64,000 nucleotides of DNA from Thermodesulfobacteriota bacterium (GTDB lineage: Bacteria > Desulfobacterota_D > UBA1144 > Nemesobacterales > CSP1-2): the NCBI GenBank assembly GCA_035559815.1, contig DATMAT010000052.1, positions 12,219 through 76,218 of the forward strand. Reading direction: 5' to 3'. Each line of letters opens with the position of its first letter. Within the stretch, counting starts at the first letter, position 1. The notes under the pieces are model-generated. The model saw only the letters and a program-made list of their open reading frames with translations. It did not search any database and was not told where the DNA came from. The position numbers and the translations under genes are program-made. Shown here in pieces: positions 28,301-37,402 of this stretch.

Positions 28301-29062
28301 ATGATCAGACTGAACACCTGCTTATTGGCGATGACAATCATGTTCATTACATTCAACGGTCGAGCGGAAGAAAATCCGGATAGCCAGACAGAAAATTGGG
28401 CGTTAGCCTATGGCGGAGAGTTAGACTTCAACTCGCGCTATGTTTGGCGGGGAATTGCCCTGAGTGATGGACCGGTCATGCAGCCATCCGTCTGGGTATC
28501 GGCTTATGACCTTACATTAGAGGCATGGGGCAACTTCGTCCTCAACGACGAGCCCAACCAGGGTGAGTTTAACGAGATAAATTTGATTCTATATTACAGC
28601 CGGGAGTGGCAGGATATCACCATAGAACCGTCAGTCATAGTTTACCTCTACCCTAACCAGGAAGACGCCCCGGCCACGGCAGAAGCGTCGCTTACGTTTT
28701 CTTATCCCATCGGGTCTATTAACGTTTTCACCGACCAGATTTTTGATTTCGTTGAGTATGGAGGCTCTTACTTTGGCGACGCCGGGTTATCTTACCAGCA
28801 CGAATTCAAGCCGGAACTATTATTAGACTTTTCCGCCAGCCTGGGATGGGCCTCGGCGGAGTTTAATAAGGTGAACATAGGGTTATCCAAAAACGCCTTA
28901 AACGTTTTGGGGGGCGGGTTATCCCTTACCTATTATCCGAAGGAATTCCTCTATATTCGGCCTCACGCTGAGATTAGTGCTATTCTTGACGGCGACTTAC
29001 GTGACGAGCTGGACGACCCAACGATTTTAAATGTCGGTCTGGCTATAGGAATGGAGTTTTAG
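28301..29062 (+). CDS. Outer-membrane beta-barrel protein (signal peptide, alternating amphipathic strands, C-terminal Phe), possibly MipA/OmpV-like
   Basis: 253 aa; ends ...GLAIGMEF; 2-bp gap to the downstream sensor diguanylate cyclase gene. Confidence 0.5.
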   Translation: MIRLNTCLLAMTIMFITFNGRAEENPDSQTENWALAYGGELDFNSRYVWRGIALSDGPVMQPSVWVSAYDLTLEAWGNFVLNDEPNQGEFNEINLILYYSREWQDITIEPSVIVYLYPNQEDAPATAEASLTFSYPIGSINVFTDQIFDFVEYGGSYFGDAGLSYQHEFKPELLLDFSASLGWASAEFNKVNIGLSKNALNVLGGGLSLTYYPKEFLYIRPHAEISAILDGDLRDELDDPTILNVGLAIGMEF

Positions 29063-29064
29063 CC

Positions 29065-32000
29065 ATGAAAATTCAGACAAAAATCTTACTCTTACTATTC
29101 CTAGTCATAGGCGCTTTTGTGGCCGGACTCAGTTTCCTGAGGCTTTGGGAAGTAAAAGGGATTGAATCTCTATACTCGGTAGAAAAACAAGAAAGAAAAG
29201 AATCCTTTGATAAATTCCTGGAGCTCAAAGGGGAATCCCTGGAAACGCTAGCTTTTGATTACACTTACTGGGATGAAATGGTTGATTTTCTGAAAACTCG
29301 GGACAAAACCTGGGCGGCCGATATACTGGATACTAGTCTAACCAGTTATAAGGTAGATGCAATGTGGGTTTACAGGACTGACGGCACGCTTGTCTATTCC
29401 GTCACCAAATGGAAAGACCAACAGATAAAAGGTGAGAAGATACCATTGCCAGATGAATCGCTTGGCAAGGTGTTTGAGCAAAGGCGTTTCAATCATTTCT
29501 TTCTGAATACCCCGGAAGGTCTCATGGAAGTACGGGGGGCTACGATTCACCCATCTAACGACGTTGATAGAAAGACTCCACCCCAAGGCTATCTATTCGT
29601 TGGACGTTTATGGAACGAGGGCTACATGAATGAGCTCGCCGGATTAACCGAGAGCACTATAATCATAACACCCTTTGAAGAAACGAAAACATCCGGGGGG
29701 AGCCGAACCGAAGGTGTAATCTCATTTTCAAGAGTATTGACCGGCTGGGATGGCAAACCAGTGGCGCAGATTAATGTCAGGACTGAGTATCCGTTCATTA
29801 AGGAGCTAAACCGTGCATCGGATCGCTACTCCCTTCTATACACCCTCTTTTCGTTTGTCCTTTTCGTCCTTCTCTTTATTTTCATAATGCGCTGGGTAAG
29901 CATCCCTCTAAAATCTATATTCAGGAGTTTAGACCAGGAAGACTCCTCAATCATAAAGGACCTGCAAAAGGACAGAACGGAATTCGGCCAGTTAGCACAA
30001 TTAATAAACAGATTTTTTGAGCAAAGAGACGAACTCATAAAAGAAATCAGCGAACGCAGGCATACGGAAGAGGCGCTCAGCAAGGCTGAACTTCGATACC
30101 GCGAACTGGTTGAAACCGTCCAAGCTATCGTCTGGCGGGCGGACGCACAAACGTTCCAATTCACGTTCGTCAGCAAAGAAGCGGAAGCGCTCTTGGGATA
30201 TCCCACCGAGAGGTGGCTTAGCGAACCACACTTCTGGCAAGATCACATACATCCGGAGGACCGGGAATGGGCCTTATCCTTCTGCAAAGAGGCCACGAGA
30301 GAGAAGAAACCCCATGCTTTTGAGTACAGGATGATCGCCGCCGACGGCCGGGTGGTCTGGCTGAGAGACATAATACGGGTCCTGGTGGAGAACGATGAAC
30401 CCAGAGAACTCATCGGAATAATGGTTGACCTGACCGAGCGCAAGAAGTCGGAAGAGATACTAGAAACAGCTACTCGGGTGCTAGAAGAACATCAGAAAAA
30501 CCTGGAAGCAAAAAATATACATTTATCTATCCTAAGCAAGATCTCACAGGATGTACAGCAGTCTGTTGATTTAGATACAACTTACCGAACTGTACTAGAG
30601 AGAACCGCAGACCTGAGATTTATTGACCTTATGTCCCTTTATCTGGTGGAGGGAGAGGGAGACAAAAGGGAAGCGGTGCTACAGATCCAAAGAGGATATC
30701 CCGAGGACTACGTAAAGAAGGTTGGTAGAATCCCATACCCAACCGGCTACACCTGGAAGGTGATGGAGGGTGGCGAACTGGTTTTCCACGAAGACGCCTC
30801 AGACCCATCGAGTCCGGTCGGGCCCGCTGGTAAGGCTTTGGGACAACGTGCGCTCTTATCCATCCCTATAAAATCAGAACAGAACGAGGTTGTAGGGGTA
30901 ATACACTTTTCCAGCTCCGAGAGTACCTCTTTTGCCCAGTATGAATTTGATTTCCTTTCATCCCTGGGCAATCAAATTGGGACGGCCATAGTAAAGGCCA
31001 AGATGTTAAAGGAGATGAAAAAAAGAGAAGAGGAGCTCGAAGCTACCACCCGGGAGCTTAGAGAGTATCAACAAACCCTAGAAGAAAGAAATAGAGATTT
31101 ATCCATCTTGAGCAAGATTTCCCAGGAAATACATAAGTCCATCGAGCTAAATAATGCCTACAGAATCTTAACAGATTCAACCAAAAATTTGAAACTCTTC
31201 AACCTAATGGCCTTATATTTGGTGGAGGGAGAAGGGGATCGAAGGGAGGCAGTATTACAATTCCATCATGGCTATCCCGAGGATTACCTAAAAAGGGCTA
31301 GAAGAATAGCATACCCAAAGGGTAATACCTGGAGGGTAATTGAAAGCGGAGAGTTAAGTTACTTGGAAGATGCCTCAGACCCATCGAGTCCGGTCGGGCC
31401 CGCTGGTAAGGCCTTGGGACAACGTGCGCTCCTATCCATCCCTATAAAATCAGAACACAATGAGGTAATAGGAGTAATACATTTTTCCAGTTCAGAGAAG
31501 ACCTCCTTCACCAAACAAGAGTTTGATTTCCTCATAGCCCTGGGGACTCAGATTGGAACAGCCATAGCCAAGGCCAGGATGTTTGAGGAAATGAAAAAAC
31601 GAGAAGAGGAGTTAAGAGAAAGAGAAGAAAGACTGCGTAAGATCTTTGAAGATGGCCCCTTGGGCATGGCCATTGTCGGTTTGGATTATCGGTTCTCCAG
31701 GGTTAACCATACGCTCTGCCAGATGGTCGGATACACGGAAGAAGAACTTACCGCACTCACGTTCCCGGACATTACCTACCCAGAGGATATCGATACAGAT
31801 ATACGATACGCCGAGCAGTTGGCGCGAAAGGAGATAACCCGCTACAAAATGGATAAACGTTACATCAAGAAAAACAAAGAGGTTATTTGGGTTACTCTGA
31901 CCGCCTCTATCATACTTGACAGTGATGGAAACCCTCTCTATTACCTGGCCATGATTGAAGACATAACCGAGCGTAAACGGGCGGAGCAAGCAATACAGCA

Positions 32001-33090
32001 GTCTAACGAAAAACTCATGGCTTCGGTCAAAGAGCTTGAACACCGAAGCCACAACAGAACCCTGCTTAATGAGATGGGGGACCTGCTCCAAACCTGCCTT
32101 AATGTCGAAGAGGCTTACGATATTATCGCCAAGTTTGCCCAACAGCTATTCCCAGGAGAATCCGGCGCCCTGTGTATACTCGATGACTCGCAAAATAATG
32201 TAGAAACCGTTGCCGCATGGGGTGAATCTTCACCTACTGAATCCATCTTCGCACCAGAGGATTGTTGGGCACTAAGGCGTGGGAAAGCACATGCAGTGGG
32301 GAACTCCGGCTCCGAGCCCGTCTGCAGGCATATTACTCATCCTCCTTCCGATGGTTACCTATGTGTGCCCATGATGTCGCAGGGCAAGGCCCTGGGGACA
32401 TTGTGTCTGTTGAAAAGCCCTGACAACGTCCACCAGTCAAAGGAAATATTGCAACTATCCAAGGAACCCATTATGCAGCAATTGGCCATAGCTTTCGCCA
32501 GACAAGTCGAGCTGGCCCTAGCCAATTTAAAACTGCGGGAGACCCTGCATAACCAGGCCATCCGGGACCCGCTCACCGGTCTCTTCAATCGGCGTTACCT
32601 GGAAGAATCCCTGAAACGCGAGATATACCGTGCCGAACGCAAGGGGACTTCACTCGGAATAATAATGCTGGATATAGACCACTTTAAGAAGTTTAACGAT
32701 ACCCATGGTCATGCCGCGGGTGACGCCCTTCTTCATGAATTAGGAAAGTTCCTTAAAGCACATATACGCGGAGCAGATATAGCCTGCCGCTATGGCGGTG
32801 AAGAATTCACGCTCATTCTTCCGGACGTCTCGGTGGAAGACGCCCGGCAGCGAGCTGAGCAACTGCGAGAACGAGTAAGGTACCTTAAAGTGCAGGATAA
32901 CAACCAAACCCTGAACGGTGTGACCTTGTCTTTAGGGGTGGCGGTCTTTCCGTTAAACGGCTCAACAATGGAAACTGTCCTAAGGGCAGCCGACTTAGCT
33001 CTCTACCGGGCCAAACACGAGGGCCGCAACCGAGTGGTAGTCAGCCAAGAAGTTGCCGGGGAAACAACCCGTCGCTCCGCCATTGCCTGA
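29065..33090 (+). CDS. Multidomain sensor diguanylate cyclase: periplasmic CHASE4-like domain between two TM helices, PAS, two tandem near-duplicate GAF modules, PAS, GAF, GGDEF (intact GGEEF)
   Basis: DYTYWDEMVDFL CHASE4-like motif; RDPLTGLFNRRY ... RYGGEEF ... HEGRNRV GGDEF motifs; internal 190-aa tandem repeat. Confidence 0.9.
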   Translation: MKIQTKILLLLFLVIGAFVAGLSFLRLWEVKGIESLYSVEKQERKESFDKFLELKGESLETLAFDYTYWDEMVDFLKTRDKTWAADILDTSLTSYKVDAMWVYRTDGTLVYSVTKWKDQQIKGEKIPLPDESLGKVFEQRRFNHFFLNTPEGLMEVRGATIHPSNDVDRKTPPQGYLFVGRLWNEGYMNELAGLTESTIIITPFEETKTSGGSRTEGVISFSRVLTGWDGKPVAQINVRTEYPFIKELNRASDRYSLLYTLFSFVLFVLLFIFIMRWVSIPLKSIFRSLDQEDSSIIKDLQKDRTEFGQLAQLINRFFEQRDELIKEISERRHTEEALSKAELRYRELVETVQAIVWRADAQTFQFTFVSKEAEALLGYPTERWLSEPHFWQDHIHPEDREWALSFCKEATREKKPHAFEYRMIAADGRVVWLRDIIRVLVENDEPRELIGIMVDLTERKKSEEILETATRVLEEHQKNLEAKNIHLSILSKISQDVQQSVDLDTTYRTVLERTADLRFIDLMSLYLVEGEGDKREAVLQIQRGYPEDYVKKVGRIPYPTGYTWKVMEGGELVFHEDASDPSSPVGPAGKALGQRALLSIPIKSEQNEVVGVIHFSSSESTSFAQYEFDFLSSLGNQIGTAIVKAKMLKEMKKREEELEATTRELREYQQTLEERNRDLSILSKISQEIHKSIELNNAYRILTDSTKNLKLFNLMALYLVEGEGDRREAVLQFHHGYPEDYLKRARRIAYPKGNTWRVIESGELSYLEDASDPSSPVGPAGKALGQRALLSIPIKSEHNEVIGVIHFSSSEKTSFTKQEFDFLIALGTQIGTAIAKARMFEEMKKREEELREREERLRKIFEDGPLGMAIVGLDYRFSRVNHTLCQMVGYTEEELTALTFPDITYPEDIDTDIRYAEQLARKEITRYKMDKRYIKKNKEVIWVTLTASIILDSDGNPLYYLAMIEDITERKRAEQAIQQSNEKLMASVKELEHRSHNRTLLNEMGDLLQTCLNVEEAYDIIAKFAQQLFPGESGALCILDDSQNNVETVAAWGESSPTESIFAPEDCWALRRGKAHAVGNSGSEPVCRHITHPPSDGYLCVPMMSQGKALGTLCLLKSPDNVHQSKEILQLSKEPIMQQLAIAFARQVELALANLKLRETLHNQAIRDPLTGLFNRRYLEESLKREIYRAERKGTSLGIIMLDIDHFKKFNDTHGHAAGDALLHELGKFLKAHIRGADIACRYGGEEFTLILPDVSVEDARQRAEQLRERVRYLKVQDNNQTLNGVTLSLGVAVFPLNGSTMETVLRAADLALYRAKHEGRNRVVVSQEVAGETTRRSAIA

Positions 33091-33096
33091 CACAAG

Positions 33097-34002
33097 TCAA
33101 ATATCATGCTGTGGTCTTTTAATACCCAGCTTCTTCATCCTGGACCTCAGGGTGCCGGAATTCATCCCCAGTATGGATGCCGCCCCGCGTTTACCGTCTA
33201 TTACCCATTTGGTTTCCTCGAGTGTTTTTAATATATGAAAACGTTCTATATCCTCAAGCTTCTTGCTATTGGAATTACCCATATTCACATCAGGCATCAA
33301 GTCTAGACTGTCGTCAATCTTAAGTGCTGTTCCATGAGTGAGAATAACAGCCCGTTCGATTACGTTCTCAAGCTCCCTGATGTTCCCGGGCCAATGATAA
33401 GAAGTAAGTACGTCCATTGTCTTTTGAGGTATTGCTTCTATTCTCCTTCCCAGCTTCTTGGAGTACTTGTCCGTGAAATACCTTACCAAATGCTCAATAT
33501 CCTCAACCCTTTCCCTGAGCGGAGGTATAAAGATCGGAAAGACGTTGAGCCGGTAATAAAGGTCTTGTCTGAAGCCGCCCTCTTGAACGGCTTTCTTCAT
33601 ATCCCGATTAGTGGCGGCAATAACCCTCACATCCGCTTTTAAGGTTTGAGAAGAACCAACCCGCTCAAATTCTCCCTGCTGAAGCACTCGCAGAAGCTTG
33701 ACCTGAGTCTCTAGTGGAAGCTCACCAACTTCGTCTAAAAAGATAGTCCCGCCGTCGGCCAACTCGAATCGTCCCACTCTTCGCTGCACCGCCCCGGTAA
33801 ACGCCCCCTTCTCATGACCGAATAACTCACTCTCTACCAGCCCTGCCGAGATTGCCCCACAGTTAATTTTGACCAGCGGGCGATCCTTACGCTGGCTCAA
33901 AGAATGAATCGCATGCGCAATCAGTTCTTTTCCGGTGCCGGACTCCCCTTCTATTAAAACTGTAGCATCGGTAGGAGCTACCTGCTCCACCTTGCGAAGC
34001 AC
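33097..34002 (-). pseudogene. N-terminally truncated sigma-54-dependent activator (AAA+ sigma-54 interaction domain + Fis-type HTH only; no sensor/receiver domain); GTG start, upstream in-frame sequence reads ...[15 protein letters not shown] then a stop
   Basis: GESGTGKE Walker A, GAFTGA, ATNRD...[24 protein letters not shown]; manual translation upstream of 34002 shows the conserved linker but a TAA at 34063-34065. Confidence 0.6.
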
Positions 34003-34238
34003 CTTTTGAAGCGATTCAGCCTCACGCTTACCGGGTATAACCCAGTTTGTCGCTTCAGCATTTTAAGGGCAGGGAAACTCTCAATCCCGGTTCGATCATT
34101 CCAAACCGAGATATTTCACCACGGCCGTGATATTTCTCGACTATACACGAAAGAATAACGAACAAATAAAAAGAGAAATAAGCCAAAAATAGAGTGATTA
34201 AAATCAGTTAGAAAGAGTTAAAACAGGTTTTCTCGTTT

Positions 34239-34255
34239 TGGCATACCCTTTGCAT
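34239..34255 (+). promoter_or_regulatory. Sigma-54 (-24/-12) promoter TGGCATACCCTTTGCAT
   Basis: GG at 34240-41 and GC at 34252-53 with canonical 12-bp spacing; matches TGGCAC-N5-TTGCA consensus. Confidence 0.6.
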
Positions 34256-34307
34256 TCGTTTAAAAGATAAAAAGAAGAAGAAATTCAAACCATGAAGGGG
34301 AAACAAA

Positions 34308-34514
34308 ATGGCACTTTTAAGCTTCAAGAAATACACGGAATATTTGAATAACCTACTGGTCCTGCCAAACTCGGCTGAGTTCTTTGTGGGAAGGTCGACA
34401 CAAATAAACGCTTACCGAAGGGATTCAAACGTTATTTCCTTTCGCTCAACCGAGAATAAATCGCAGAGGAAACAACCGAAATTCAGCTCAAAGCGAATTC
34501 ACTTTTTAAAATAG
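34308..34514 (+). CDS. Small hypothetical ORF downstream of sigma-54 promoter; overlapping +1 frame (34460-34691) encodes a DUF2917-like segment, so the locus may be one frameshifted gene
   Basis: RBS GAAGGGGAAA; second frame reads ...EIQLKANSLFKIDVDGKEIRISRVTGTIWVTQEGDANDHILKSGEEFVITKKGIVLLQSLSD without ATG/GTG/TTG start. Confidence 0.3.
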   Translation: MALLSFKKYTEYLNNLLVLPNSAEFFVGRSTQINAYRRDSNVISFRSTENKSQRKQPKFSSKRIHFLK

Positions 34515-34763
34515 ACGTAGACGGAAAAGAAATAAGGATCTCGCGTGTGACCGGAACTATATGGGTTACACAAGAGGGTGATGCAAATGACCACATTCTA
34601 AAGTCGGGGGAGGAATTTGTTATCACTAAAAAAGGAATCGTCTTATTGCAAAGTCTTTCCGATGTAGCGATAGAGATCAAAAGCAAAAACTATGTAAAAA
34701 ATGACAAAGATTAAACGATAGCGTAATTCCAGTAAAAAAAATTCTAAAGGAGGAACTGATAAA

Positions 34764-35822
34764 ATGGCTATCAATGAAGAAACTCTTCATCAACTTTTAG
34801 GTAAGGCTATTGTTGACTTCGGGGCAACCTGGAATGCTCCTTTGGTGGTAATCGGTGACAAGCTCGGATTGTATAAGGCGCTGGCCAACTTCGGGCCGCT
34901 CACTTCTGGAGAGCTTGCTGAGCACACCGGCACCTCCGAGCGCTATGTACGCGAGTGGCTCCGGGCACAAGCCGCCGGAGGATATGTAACTTACCACCCG
35001 GAGACCGACCGCTATAGCCTATCGGAAGAACAAGCCTTAATGTTTGCCGACGAGAACAGCCCCGCATTTATAATTGGGGCATTTCAGTCCGCATTGGCCG
35101 GAACCAGGATCGAGCCCAAGCTAGCCAAGGCTTTTCGCACCGGAGAGGGTATCGGCTGGGATGAGCACGACGAGGGGCTCTTTGTTGGTACGGAGCGTTT
35201 TTTCAGGACCGGGTATGCCGCCAATCTGGTCAGTTCCTGGATCCCGGCACTGGACGGAGTCGAAGCTAAGCTAAAAGAAGGCGCTCGCGTAGCCGATGTC
35301 GGCTGTGGCCACGGTGCTTCCACTGTACTCATGGCTCAGGCCTACCCAAACTCTACCTTTATTGGCTTTGACTTTCATGATGAGTCGATCAAGGCGGCCC
35401 GGAAACGAGCCGAAGAGGCTGGGGTGTCAGACCGAGTCAATTTTGAGGTAGCTTCATCCAAATCCTACTTAGGGAGAAATTACGATTTAGTAACCTTCTT
35501 CGACTGCCTTCACGACCTCGGCGACCCTGTAGGCACTGCGGCGTACGTGCTCAAGACACTGAAGAAAAACGGTACCTGGATGATTGTGGAGCCCTATGCC
35601 GGGGACCGGGTAGAAGACAACCTGAACCCGGTCGGACGGGCCTATTATTCCGCATCTACACTTGTATGTACCCCTTGCTCACTGGACCAGGACGTGGGTC
35701 TTGCACTAGGCGCTCAAGCTGGAGAGGCCAGAATACGCGAAGTAGTAATGAAAGGAGGCTTCAGTAGATTCCGCCGCGCTACGGCTACCCCTTTTAATCT
35801 AGTGTTTGAAGCAAGATCATAG
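34764..35822 (+). CDS. Class I SAM-dependent methyltransferase with N-terminal winged-helix/dimerisation-like domain
   Basis: VADVGCGHG motif I, DLVTFFDCLHD motif; RBS AAAGGAGG. Confidence 0.8.
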   Translation: MAINEETLHQLLGKAIVDFGATWNAPLVVIGDKLGLYKALANFGPLTSGELAEHTGTSERYVREWLRAQAAGGYVTYHPETDRYSLSEEQALMFADENSPAFIIGAFQSALAGTRIEPKLAKAFRTGEGIGWDEHDEGLFVGTERFFRTGYAANLVSSWIPALDGVEAKLKEGARVADVGCGHGASTVLMAQAYPNSTFIGFDFHDESIKAARKRAEEAGVSDRVNFEVASSKSYLGRNYDLVTFFDCLHDLGDPVGTAAYVLKTLKKNGTWMIVEPYAGDRVEDNLNPVGRAYYSASTLVCTPCSLDQDVGLALGAQAGEARIREVVMKGGFSRFRRATATPFNLVFEARS

Positions 35823-35999
35823 ATGCCGAATAGGCAATAATTAACCAACCAAGCCGTTCATGGTTCGACTTACTCAGAACGAACGGCTTAATTAAAAGGC
35901 GTTCGCCCAGAGTGTGTTGAAGGGCGCACTTTATGGATTAATTCTATCATAATTTAATTAGTGGCTCGCTAATAGAAACAATTAGCAAAGGAGGTAATT

Positions 36000-37109
36000 A
36001 TGCACCAGAAGAAACAAACTTCGACCGAAGTAATAAATCAGGTACGAGACGCCTTTGTGGAGAGGTTACTAAAATCAGCCTCGGGTGTATTTGATATCTT
36101 TACCATTTACATCGGGGATATGCTGGGTTTTTATAAAGCCCTTGCAAAACATGGCCCCTTGACATCTAGTGAACTCGCTTCCAAGACTGACACCCACGAA
36201 CGCTACGTACGTGAATGGCTCGAGCAACAAACGGTGGCAGGAATCCTTCAGGTCCAGAACCCGGAAGCAGACGCCGAGCATCGCAAATTCAAAATTCACC
36301 CGGGGCATGCAGAGGTGTTGGTCGAGCGGGACAGCCTCAACTATCTCGCCCCTCTCGCTCAAATTACCATAGGAGCGGTGAAACCGCTTGAATCTTTATT
36401 GAATGCATACCGCACTGGCGGTGGCGTTCCCTACAATGAATATGGAGCAAACCTCTACGAGGGACAAGCCGGTATGAACCGGGCCATGTTCTTACAGCAA
36501 TTGGGAACGGAGTGGCTCCCGGCTATTCCCGGGCTCAAAACCCGTTTGGAGTCAGACCCACCCGCACGTATCGCAGATATCGGATGCGGCGCCGGTTGGT
36601 CGAGCATAGGTATTGCTAAGACTTATCCCAAAGTACTCGTAGACGGATTCGACCTCGACGAGCCCTCGGTACTCCTTGCACGCAAAAACGCCGAAGAAGC
36701 GGGTGTTTCGGACCGCGTGAAATTCCAGATACGCGACGCTGGAGACCCGACGGTTGCCGGAAACTATGACCTGGTTACTGCTTTTGAGTGTGTTCACGAT
36801 ATGTCCAATCCGGTCACTGCTTTGCGGGGAATGAGAAATCTCACCAATGAGAAAGGTGTAGTACTGGTCATGGATGAACGGGTCGAGGAACGCTTCACGC
36901 CCGAAGGCAATGACGTAGAATGGTTCTTCTACGGCTTTAGTGTCCTTCATTGTCTTCCGGTTGGAATGGCTGAGCAACCCTCCGCAGGAACAGGCGCTGT
37001 TATGCGGCCGGGCATCTTAAAGCGTTATGCGGAAGAGGCCGGGTTTAAAGGTGTGGAGATTTTGCCGATCGAAAACTTCTTTTTCCGGTTTTATCGCCTG
37101 ATAAAATAG
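36000..37109 (+). CDS. Class I SAM-dependent methyltransferase, paralog of 34764-35822
   Basis: IADIGCGAGW motif I, DLVTAFECVHD; conserved N-terminal LTSSELASKTDTHERYVREWLE helix as in paralog (LTSGELAEHTGTSERYVREWLR); RBS AAAGGAGG. Confidence 0.8.
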   Translation: MHQKKQTSTEVINQVRDAFVERLLKSASGVFDIFTIYIGDMLGFYKALAKHGPLTSSELASKTDTHERYVREWLEQQTVAGILQVQNPEADAEHRKFKIHPGHAEVLVERDSLNYLAPLAQITIGAVKPLESLLNAYRTGGGVPYNEYGANLYEGQAGMNRAMFLQQLGTEWLPAIPGLKTRLESDPPARIADIGCGAGWSSIGIAKTYPKVLVDGFDLDEPSVLLARKNAEEAGVSDRVKFQIRDAGDPTVAGNYDLVTAFECVHDMSNPVTALRGMRNLTNEKGVVLVMDERVEERFTPEGNDVEWFFYGFSVLHCLPVGMAEQPSAGTGAVMRPGILKRYAEEAGFKGVEILPIENFFFRFYRLIK

Positions 37110-37402
37110 CAAAAATACTTATGGAGCAAACCCACGAGCCCTTATTTATTTCTAGATCCTTCGCTCCTTCCTGATTCTAGAACGAAGGTATTGAAAATAC
37201 TCCAGGAAATATAACCTGACCCGATGTAATCAATCTTGATTCCGATAATAACCTATCGGATATCTCAATTATCTTCGTTGTAATATACAAATATTAACTT
37301 TATTATATTCCCTCAAAAACCGAGAATAAGACGTGCGTGTGATGACGGGTATAAAAGAAACCTCGTTCCACGCTTGATCCTCTTTGGTTCTATCTCAAGA
37401 GT

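Noticed and set aside
33097-34002. Initially read as a complete small sigma-54 activator
   Set aside because: Manual upstream translation shows the conserved linker continues in frame before a stop; the gene is a 5'-truncated fragment, so annotated as likely pseudogene/truncated paralog instead.
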